Below are positions 54,379 through 64,000 of a DNA stretch of 64,000 nucleotides, piece after piece. The notes under the pieces were generated by a model. The model searched no databases. It saw only the letters and a list, made by a program, of their open reading frames with translations, and was not told where the DNA came from. The stretch spans positions 1,522,268 to 1,586,267 of the forward strand of contig CM119267.1 of the NCBI GenBank assembly GCA_051294375.1, read 5' to 3'. Each line of letters opens with the position of its first letter. The stretch's first letter is position 1. The position numbers were made by a program, and so were the translations under genes. The DNA is from Paraspadella gotoi. Its lineage: Eukaryota > Animalia > Chaetognatha.

Positions 54379-55331
54379 CAGATCTACTCAAAAAAAAGTT
54401 TAAACTTTGAACCCCCTACGATCTCGCTTGTTTGTCGTCCTATTTATTAAAACTTGGGTTCATTTGAAAACCAAGATAAATATCTTTCATTCGAGCCCAT
54501 GACAAGGTTTTTAGGCTATATATTATAGAAGCAGTGCTAAAATCAAAAAAAGGATTGAAATTTTGTCTTACAATTTCTTTTTTTGGCGAAAAAAATTTAT
54601 TATCCATCTTTGTTTTTTTTTTTATGATTTTTTACCATGGAAACTTTAAAACAGCTAAACCCCCCAAAAAAGCTGCAGTTATTGAGCTTTGGAAGGCGGG
54701 TTTGTCAGATATAGGATCGACAAACAGCTTCATTTCTCTTCGACAGCTATCGGCAGAGTTGTCAACAAATTTGAAGCAGCTGGAAACCTTGAATGAGCTG
54801 TTGGAAGCAAGCGGCCTTGCATATCCACGGAGAGCAAGGACAATGACCTAAAAATTCTCAAAATTCAAGACCCTAAGGCTTTTGTAAGCCAGTTGAAAAA
54901 AAATGGAGAGAAGAGGTATTGTTGCCAGTCATTCATCAGTGAATGGGCGTCTTTTCATGGAGGATAAAGCTCCTGGATACAAAGCCAAATCCCCCAAAAA
55001 ATTTAATTAGGAAAATGGGATGGAGGTGCTCGAAGGTTAGCCCGGAAACTCGCCTGACTGCAACATCATCAAAAATGTTTGGTCAAGGATGAAAGGGGAC
55101 ATTTTGCAATACAAAATCAAGAAAATTTTAAAACACATTTGGGGGAGCTGAACCCTTCATATTTGCCCAGCTTCTACGACTCTCTACCTCGTCTTATAGA
55201 AATGGTGCTGGAAGCAAATGGTGGTCCGACAATATATTAACTAACTGAATCCTAAAAAAGTATTCTTTTCCTTCAAATAACGAAATAAAATTATTTTATC
55301 ATAACTATTAAACTTTTTTTGAGCAGATCTG
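54379..55331 (+). mobile_element. Internally deleted Tc1-like transposon with transposase pseudogene
   Basis: TIR CAGATCT(A/G)CTCAAAAAAAAGTTTAA, TA TSD; about 54950-55240 reads FMEDKAPGYKAK...G*PGNSPDCNIIKNVWSRMK.../..FYDSLPRLIEMVLEANGGPTIY*, the Tc1 catalytic and C-terminal motifs, with stops and a frameshift. Confidence 0.9.
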
Positions 55332-55678
55332 TATAATAACTAGTTACTTGTAAGATTAAACTAGTAAAAAATTGACAAAGAGGTTGATATTTAAATATAA
55401 ATATTTCTCCATAACTGAAGAAAACAAAAACAAAATAAAACAAAAAACATAAATAGAAACTAATTTAAACATAAAAACCAATTAAACAAAATACAATCTG
55501 AACATAATAAATCAAAACAATATAAATCAAATTAAAATAAAACAAGACAAAAAATAAATAAAAAAAACCCAAAATATATCAAAATAAATAAATCAAATTA
55601 AAAACAAAAATCCAAACTAAAATAACAAATAAAAAAAAAGCAAAAAAAAAAAAAAATATGAATCAAATAACTATTTAC

Positions 55679-55933
55679 CAAATAAGTTGTGCAAACTTCT
55701 CTACTCAGTTTGCTCTGTTTCTTTGAATATTTCGTGCAGAGGTCTTTCTCCGCTCCTGAGCTCTTTTTTGTACTGGATCGACCTTTCTTAGATTGAGAGG
55801 GAGTCTCTGCCGATCCTTTGCCCTTGTTTGACTGCTTAGGGGCAGGAAGCCTTGAGGCTTTTGAAGGCTTTGAGGGCCTCGAGGGCTTCGAAGGCAGTTT
55901 GGTGCCTGTCTCGTCCTTGGAGTCTCCGCTCGA
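55679..55933 (-). CDS. Exon B, proximal cassette
   Basis: CTACAG acceptor, GTAAAT donor, 255 bp, phase 0 to 0, open: SSGDSKDETGTKLPSKP...KDLCTKYSKKQSKLSREVCTTYL. Confidence 0.7.
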
Positions 55934-56273
55934 CTGTAGCATTTATGGGAAAAATAAATTAATAAAATAAATTAAATTAATACACATGAATACCAAAAAT
56001 ATTTATGTGTTCCTTGACCAAACAGTGAGTTTGTAAAGCCTAATTTGCTTTATATTTAATAATAAACTGTTTATAAATCTTAATTTGAGTATTTTATTTG
56101 GTCTTTTCTCATCATAAATCACCTTTGTAGAATTCGTTTCTTCATAATATTAAGTTTTGTAAACAGTAATCAGTATTTGTAAACTCGTATGGAAACCAAT
56201 AAGTTTGCCAAAACTATTTCTTTACAAAACTAAGAATATCTTGGTAAAAATTCAAATAGAGATGCACATTTAA

Positions 56274-57218
56274 GAAAAAGGGTCATTCAAATCAACTTCA
56301 AAATAGACCAAAATGGAAAGCTGAGCTCCTGGCAATTCCAAAAATGTATTCAGTTTAAACATTTGATGCATTCTACGCCATTTCATATCGGTTTTAATTA
56401 AAATATAAAATAAAAGAAACCTATCTGAAGAGTTGCAGGTCAAACGAAAATTTTCTATCACTGAATTAGAAAAAAGTAATAGAGAGACATTTTTAAATTT
56501 CAACTTGTATCCTTGAAAATAACGGGACTGTGAGAGAGTCTTGATTGAAAGCTTGCAGGGACCTGCTATGTCATTATCTTGTAAGAGTGATGGAGGCCTT
56601 AAATCACCAAAGCCTGTCCAAAGTCAGGGGCAAGATAGCTTATTTATTAAATGAATGGATAATTTTTATATTGGTTGTACCAATTTCATAAAACGTTTTT
56701 AAACTTTAACCTGAATTCTTCCTAACTGGAACGCGTTTATCAAAATGTTTCTCTATTACATTTTTACAAATGTTTTTAAGATTGCTAATAAAATTTTTAA
56801 AACAATATTATTGCAGTAGTTTAGGCTGCAACTCTTCAAATTCAGTATAAATTCATTGTATCTCGAATTTCTTTACCATGTATTTAACAAAAGATTTTGT
56901 TCATGACTGGAAAACCAACAGAGTAACAAGATTAATTGTTTAATTCTCACCTTCTTAATTATCCCTTACCGTGTTTTAACTTCTTACCTAGAATTTTTTA
57001 ACAACCAGATTGAAAAACAAATCTTTAGAAAATGTGCTTACCCATTTAACTTGACAATTTTGTTATTTACCGTTTTAAAAAAAATGATTGAAAACAGAAT
57101 GTTTATATATAAATATAAACTTATTTTTTGTGATTACTGATATATATAATGTATTTCTCAATGTATTAGCTCTAATACATCAATGATTATGCATTGTAAT
57201 GGTGAATGACCCTTCCTC
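56274..57218. mobile_element. TTAA-TSD MITE, inverted relative to 43419-44218, with a ~170-bp extra segment
   Basis: Same TIRs and TTAA flanks. Confidence 0.85.
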
Positions 57219-57275
57219 TTAAGCAAACATTTTAGATTTCACTCTCTCCAAACAAATTAAAATTCTCAATCTCAC

Positions 57276-57538
57276 TTGTGCCGTGTATCTCGTGCAGACT
57301 TTATCCGCCCCTTGTCCCTTCTTGTCCGCCACCATCGCCACCTCAGCTGCCACCGCGCCGCTAGCCATCCGTACCATCCCTTTCCCGCTGGAGGACTTAG
57401 TCGAATTTTTTGAAGAACCTTTGGCCAAACCTTTGGCCGACACTTTTCCCACCATAGATCCTTTGGCTGATGAAGTCTTCGGCTCTATGATGCCAACGGA
57501 TTTACGGAGAGTGTCTTTGTTTTCATTGTCTTCTTTGT
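57276..57538 (-). CDS. Exon A, proximal cassette
   Basis: 263 bp, phase 1 to 0, open: DKEDNENKDTLRKSVG...DKVCTRYTAQ; acceptor context is weak (CAAAAG). Confidence 0.65.
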
Positions 57539-58097
57539 CTTTTGGTTTTTATGGTTTGGGGGGGGCACAGAGAAAGCTTGTATAGAAAGACCTCAAGGTT
57601 AAACTCCCGCTCTTCTCCAGATCTACCAATCGCCTAACAGAGAAAGCTTGTATAGAGAGATCACCAGGTTAAACTCCAACTGTTCTCCAGACCCACCAAT
57701 CACCTACACAGAGAAAGCTTGTATAAAAAGACCTCCAGGTTAGACCCCGGTCTTCTCCGGACCCTCCAATTGCCTACATAGAGAAAGCTTGTATAGAGAG
57801 ACCTCCAGGTTAAACTCCAGCTGTTCTCTGGACCCACCATTTGCCTACACAGAAAAAGCTTGTATAAAGAGACATCCAGGTTAAACTCGGCTCTTCTCCA
57901 GATCCTACAATAGTCTACACAGAGAAAGCTTGTATAATAGATGTAAAAACACTAGATTCCGATCCTGTTGCATCTGAAGGGCTCACATTTTTTTTTCTTG
58001 TCAAATAATCATCATTTTGATATCAAACTACCAGATTCAAATGGATTGGTTCGCTCAGGAAAATATTTTCGACGCAATTTTTATATATAAAATAAAG

Positions 58098-59640
58098 TAG
58101 AGATGAGCATCGTTCGAATCGAAGCTCCGATCAAGATTCCTTTATATTTCACTTCTATTCAAAACTGCATAGTCACGGCCCAAAAAAATTATATCAATAT
58201 GGGCAGATTTCGAAAGCTTGGCGTCTTGGGAAGCCAATGGAGGTAGAGCGCGATCGAAATTTCCATTTTATCATGCCCAAAAATGGTATTTAAATAGACT
58301 GGTCAGGTCATTTTTTCCCTATTCCAAGAAAACCTCCTGGCTCTTGAGTAAAAAAGACCAAATCATACATATTAATACAGTTTCCGAAACCTTATTGTCT
58401 TCTCTACATGATGAAAAAATGCTAAATTAAAATTCTTGCAATCTTAATTGCTTGATAAAGCAATCAAATGAACTGGTTTTTTAGGTGAAAACTGCATAGT
58501 CAAGCCTTCATTTTTTTCAATTTTGAACACAATTGACAGAAACTGAATTGATTTTACTATTCAAATCAGGTAGAGCGCGGGCTTAATTCAAAAGCGTTTT
58601 CTCAATATAATGCAAAATTTAAAAAAAGTCCAATAAAAACTTATTAAAAACAAAAATCGTCGCACAGTGTTGCTTGTGAGTCCCAAATGCTAGAAAATAA
58701 ATTTTTTAATTTTTTATATTATTATATAATATATAAAAATAATTATATAAATATAATTATAATTTTAAAAATAAATTTTTTTATTGAGAAAGGTAATACT
58801 ATATATTATATATATATATGTATAAAAAATATATTTTATAATAAAATCAACTAATTTTTTAAACTGCGAGTTTTTTTATCATGGTATAATTAAAAAATAT
58901 AAGATTAAAATAAAATTTTAATTTTAATAAAATATATTATATTATTTCCTTTCTTTTTCGTTGTATTTAATTATTTAGAGAAAACAAAGTTTGTTTGTTT
59001 GTAAACAACAATTTTTATTCACTGAATAAAAATCGTTGTTTACAAACAAACAAACTTTGTTTTCTTTAAATAATAAAATATAATAATCATATTAAATAAT
59101 TTAAATTTAAAATTTTAATATAATAATATATAATAATAATAATAATAATAATATTATTAATTTATTTATTTTTTAATTATTTTTATTATTATTATTATTA
59201 TTTTATTATTAATTGATAATAATATATATTTATTATAATAATAATTTATATATTTAATTATAAAAAATTATATTTTAATTATTTAATATTCAAATAAATT
59301 TTTAAAAAATTATTTTTATAATTCAAATATAATAAAAAATTATTTTTAACTGAACGGGATTTTTCTGAAAAAATCAGGCCCTGGATCTCACTGTGCGCCG
59401 GTTCTAAAGCTTAGTACTACGCATAGTACTAATCTTTGTTGGATCAAAACGAGCTCGATTTTAAAGGAAAGTTGATCGGTTTGAAGAGCGATTTTTGCGA
59501 TTGCTTTTTGGCGATTACTTTTGAACGGATTGTCGGTTTATGATGAAATTATGCATGTAGATAATGTTTGCAATTGTCTATCGAACGCTACCAAATTTGA
59601 TATAAAAAAATGAGTTGTTTAGAAACGATGCTCATCCCCA
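58098..59640. mobile_element. TIR element with a 7-bp TSD nested in the previous element
   Basis: TAGAGATGAGCATCGTT / AACGATGCTCATCCCCA flanked by AATAAAG. Confidence 0.75.
58663..59395. mobile_element. Transib-like MITE
   Basis: CACAGTG ... CACTGTG termini, GC-rich 5-bp TSD CGTCG/CGCCG, internal near-perfect palindrome at about 58970-59075. Confidence 0.65.
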
Positions 59641-61029
59641 AATAAAGGGATTTCTCAACTTCAATACAATGTAAATGCATTTAACATATGTTGTGATTTT
59701 ACAATAAACTTCAAATTCAGGAATCCGATAGCCATATGTCTGAAAGGCTTTCAAAATTTTTTTTTATATTTTATTTGGTTATTTTAATATGATACGATCA
59801 TGGTAAAGTGAATTAATTCACTTTGGTGAAATTTTTATTTAAAGTATAAGAGGAGCTAACAATTGGAATTCTAAGAGTTTTCAACCGGGAGTCAGATTCG
59901 GAAAAAATCTTCTATGGCAAAAATCTTCCAAGGGGTGGATTTTCCGAAGATTTTGGTTAATATTTTCTATATTTATGGTTGGATTTTTTTGAAACTTAAT
60001 ATAGCAATATTGCCATCATTCTACATTGGCCGGTAAAAGAATATATAAAAAAAACCTCTGGCTTTTTTAGTCAGAGCTTAGTCCTATGTATAAAGAAGCC
60101 TCCAGGTTAAACTCCCGCTCTTCTTTGGACCCACCAAACACCTACACAAAGAAAGCTTGTATAGAGAACTCCAGGTTAAACTCCCGCTCTTCTCCGGACC
60201 CACCAATCGCTGGGGACAGCGGGAAAGAGGAGGAGAGAGGGAAAAGAAGGAACGGAGGAAGAAAATATAATTGTAAAAATGGGATAATGTGGAAAAGAGA
60301 AAAAAAGATTGGTTCATCCAATGTGTAGTGATGAAAAATTGAGTGATTGAATATTATTTTTTTGCTGCCTATGGACATGTAATTAATGAATTTTAAATCT
60401 TTTTAAAAATTTTTTTAGCAGAACAGTATAGTAAATTCAATTATTTATGTTGTAATATCCTTATAAAATCGTTAAATTTTAAAATATTTTTTTTATTTTT
60501 AAGAACAGATTTGGATTCAACTTTTATAAAATATGTTTTATGATATTTTAATGTTTGGATTACAAAAAATGACTAAAACGTTTTAACATATATAAGTTTC
60601 TACTACAGAGAATAAAAAACTTTTTTTTTCCGTTTTAAACGCTGAAGAGGACATAATTTTTGATAACATGTTTTATATTTTTGATTCAACTTTTTATGAA
60701 GAATCTGAATCTTTATTAAAAAGTTTAAAAAAAAAAAATTTTATAGTTTACTATTTTATAAGAATATTACTACAAATATATTATATTTTACTATTCTGTT
60801 CCCGAGACAATATGAACAAAATATTTTTTGTACTAGTTAATTATACTATCTCACAGGTGCACATCTAAATATCCTTATTCAATCATTCAAATAATTTTTT
60901 TGTTCTTGAGTGCTCTACTCTAATGTGAGCACATGACTAGGAAATTTATGTCTTATTGTTGATCATTTCAAAAAACCAGACATATGCCGCATGAACAAAT
61001 GAGAAACCGACTATAGGCGAGTTATGAGC

Positions 61030-61118
61030 ATTTTAACGTAAGTGGGACAGACCGATGGACAGACAGACCGACAGACCGACCGAAGAGTGTCTCATAGAGT
61101 ACTCGCGGCGCAACTAAA
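61030..61118 (-). mobile_element. 5' end of a second HINE-like family
   Basis: On -: TTTAGTTGCG...CTCTAT then (GTCGGTCT)n and CCCACTTACGTT; a related tract lies at about 11890-11925. Confidence 0.4.
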
Positions 61119-61253
61119 AGGATAATATGTCGTTGGTGTATGTATTGACAGCAATAGAATTGTATTGGAACTAACCAAAGATTCAATTCTAAGAACAACA
61201 ACCATTTTATTCAAAAGTTAAGTCTCTTCAAAGTAAGTTAACTCTTGACTTAC

Positions 61254-61331
61254 CAGCGTAGAACTTCCATCCCGCTGCCTCGAGGGATTCTTGTGTCACT
61301 TTCTTTCCTTCGTCTTTCACTTTTTCCCATC
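61254..61331 (-). CDS. 78-bp internal exon of the - strand gene (GWEKVKDEGKKVTQESLEAAGWKFYA)
   Basis: TATTCAG acceptor, G|GTAAGT donor, phase 1 to 1, linking the large exon to exon A. Confidence 0.8.
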
Positions 61332-61743
61332 CTGAATACAAAGCAAAGATCAATGAGATCAATGAATTTATTTTTTTGATCTTTCACTTCTGGGTGTTTT
61401 AAGGCGTTAAAACGAAAAAAAAACAAAAAAAAAACAAAACCTGAAAACAAAAAGGAGAACAAAATCACAAAAATCTGGAGACTGTTGTGTTTCATTTTAG
61501 TAATTAATATAATTAAGATTGAACTTATAATTTTATCAAAGTTACAAGATTACTAGTTTTACTATATTTTTTAACTTAAAGATACAAATAAATATATATA
61601 TATATATATATCATAAAACGCTCACGATATATATATATATAAATATACAATATATAGTTATGATTTAATTAAAGTAGTCAAAGAAAAAGCCTCTTTAACT
61701 TAGTACAATATGTATATTTGAATATTCTATCTATCCTCCTAAC

Positions 61744-62692
61744 CTTGCTCTTCCCTCTCGATGAGAATGACCTCCTCTTGACTCTGTGCGCAAGAACAGC
61801 TCAAGCTGCTTGTCATCGTCTTCGGTTGCTTGGAAACGTTCTGCCCCATCAAGTCCGGGTTGGATCGATATCGTTGGAATTCCTCGACAATAATCCGTTC
61901 GTCGTCGGCGTTGTCTCCTTCAGTTCCCGATGACGACGAAGCCTTTTCTTCCTTCGCAGCCAATCGAGATTTTCGAACTTGGCTCGAGACTCGTCCAAGA
62001 TCTTTTCCGCCTTCTCTCGACGGCCGAGCGTTGATGTTGATGTCGTGAATGATTCTCCAGCATCGACAACCGGAAAGATCTTCCTCGTCTCGAGTCGAAG
62101 GTCGAACGCGTCTCCTCGTTCGTTGAGGAAGAAACCGACCTTGGTCGTCGAAGAGACTGTTGGCAGCGTCGGCGGTGGCCGAAGCGGCAGCTGCAGCGGC
62201 GGACCATCCGCCCGCTCTTTGAAGGCTCGATCTCCTGCTGATAGAATCCTCCGTCCTTTGCTCATTCCTCTCGATGCTCGTCCAACTCGATTGAGACGGA
62301 TCTTCGCCTTGATCCAAATTCGATCCCCAGTTGCTCGAATCGGCGTTGAAGACAGAGTTTGTGCCCAGGAATTTGCTGGAGTTTGGCGTCAAGAAAGTGT
62401 TGGAGTTGGACGCGATTCGATCTATGGACTGTGGCAAAGGATCGTTGGTCTCCAACTGAAGGAGCGCTCGTCTTTCGGGTTCCATGCCCAATCGACCGTC
62501 GGAAGTTGAGCCCAAACTGGATCCCATGTTTAAGCCCAATGTGTCTGTACTTTTTCCGTACTCGTCGCCCAAAAATGACCCCGGTTGAGCACTCGATATC
62601 GCGCTCTCCTGCTTTTCCAATTCTGACTTCAAATTTTCACCCAAAAGCGGAATTCTGTTTAAACTGATGGGACGACAGATTTGCTGAATTTG

Positions 62693-62725
<33 letters not shown>

Positions 62726-62812
62726 TTTGGAACGCGGAGGTTTAGAAGATTCGGGTAAAGTGAATGTGACCAAATTCAAGTAATCAGCACTTGAGACAGA
62801 ATCTTGCCGTTC
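61744..62812 (-). CDS. Large internal exon (1069 bp) of an unknown Ser-rich, largely disordered protein; start lies upstream
   Basis: GC-rich stop-free frame, CTCAG acceptor after a long pyrimidine tract, G|GTTAGG donor; no known domain recognised. Confidence 0.85.
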
Positions 62813-62897
62813 CTGAGTTTGTGAGTTTTATTAATTATTAAATCTCTTTACTTATCTCTCTTTCTTTCTTTATTTCTTTTTTTCTTTATTTTCTTTT

Positions 62898-62929
<32 letters not shown>

Positions 62930-63193
62930 GAGAAAATCTTTTAATATTTTCTATACCCCGTGAGCCAAATCGACTGAAACGAAGTAAAGAATTAATGATT
63001 AATAATCATTCATGGCCTACCAAACATTAAGAAAATTTTTTCATACCATTTGATAGAAAAATCATTGACGTTTTTGAAATGCCCAATATATTTATTAAAA
63101 TGGGTTTAAAACATGCTTAAAATGTCTCCCGAGCATGTCGGGACAAACTCGTCATCGCTAGAAAAAATTATCCCTTATCAAGCCAAATATTTT

Positions 63194-63667
63194 TTTAGTC
63201 GGATCTGCTTATCAGCAGATCCCGACTCTATAACTCACTTTTTATAACTCACTTTTCGGTCCGTCGGTCCGCCCCCTCAATATTGTCGGGCACACACTTA
63301 TATCATGTCAGAACATCGAATTATGATAAATTATGCAAAAAAAATGATGTCCGTCCGTCCGTCTCGTCGTCCGTCCGTCCGTCCGTCCGTCCGTCCGTCC
63401 GTCCGTCCGTCCGTCCGTCCGTCCGTCCGTCCGTCCGTCCGTCCGTCCGTCGTCCGTCCGTCCCACCTTAGCAAAAAACACCAATTACTCGTGATTGGAT
63501 GGATGGATTTAAATGAAATTTTGTGTGTGGATAGGTAAGTGTGTGATTGAGCTGGATATTAAGTTTCGATGGAATCGTCCGAGTGGAAATGAGTTTAAAT
63601 GGAAAAACAAAAAAAATATATTCACTATTTGAACACCAATTGCTCATGAGTGGAGCCTATTGACCTG
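63194..63667 (+). mobile_element. HINE-like element, 3'-truncated
   Basis: Palindromic subTIR, long (GTCC)n, one central repeat. Confidence 0.8.
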
Positions 63668-64000
63668 AGAATGTACTGTGTGACACAATGAAATGAGGCA
63701 ATGAAACGTGGCGAACGGTCTCGCTGATTTGTCCCTTTAAATCGTTTCTGAGCCAAATTAATTGATCACTACTTTTGGTAATATGTGCGATATACCACTA
63801 CTGGACATGTCTGTATCTGACCATAACCCTTGACCATCAACAAAAAAGCTAACTAGATCAAAATAGTAAAAAAGATGAAGCAATATAGCTCGAAACGCTT
63901 AAAAAATTTTAGACCATTGCTTTTATAAATGCAAAAAAAATATTAATATTATTAAAACAAAAACTTTAACGATAACCTAATAGTTAACGAGACCAAGATG

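Larger units (their letters stand above)
57938..60086 (+). mobile_element. Non-autonomous DNA element with a 7-bp TSD
   Basis: TAG...CCTA ends flanked by TGTATAA; homologous to 12641-13235. Confidence 0.75.
57567..60210. repeat. 70-71-bp minisatellite (about 7 units) split by nested transposons
   Basis: Units like CAGAGAAAGCTTGTATAGAGAGACCTCCAGGTTAAACTCC...CCACCAATCGCCTACA at 57567-57937 and 60087-60210. Confidence 0.85.
42020..60326. repeat. Diverged ~9-kb tandem segmental duplication (about 42020-50935 and 50988-60326)
   Basis: Collinear exons and intron remnants; both copies end in GGATAATGTGGAAAAGAGAAAAAAAGATTGGTTCATCCAATGTGT; each has its own TE insertions. Confidence 0.9.

Overview
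AT-rich, microsatellite-rich, intron-containing animal (invertebrate-like) genomic DNA; nearly all ORFs in the supplied track are low-complexity noise. Supported genes: (1) a two-exon + strand gene at 11127-11516 encoding a 129-aa signal-peptide / Gly-Ser polymer / GPI-type-tail protein; (2) three phase-matched + strand exons (34040-34180, 41544-41739, 41981-42146) of an immunoglobulin-superfamily protein; (3) a convergent - strand gene entering from the right (exons 62812-61744 and 61331-61254) whose last four exons (A-B-C-D) occur twice because of a ~9-kb tandem duplication (about 42020-50935 and 50988-60326). Both cassettes keep open frames and splice phases, while a co-duplicated Ig exon has decayed. 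The rest is mobile DNA: about ten copies or fragments of a DINE-1/HINE-like Helentron element, a degenerate Tc1 element, TTAA-, TA-, 8-bp- and 7-bp-TSD MITEs, a Transib-like element with RSS-like ends, and a non-autonomous Penelope-like element whose inverted ends each carry a minimal hammerhead ribozyme motif, with several decayed hammerheads elsewhere. The gap-bounded block of about 17.5-31.6 kb (4-kb tandem plus 2.8-kb inverted duplication, differing mostly by 1-bp indels) is probably noisy long-read assembly. All calls were made by eye; no database searches were run.
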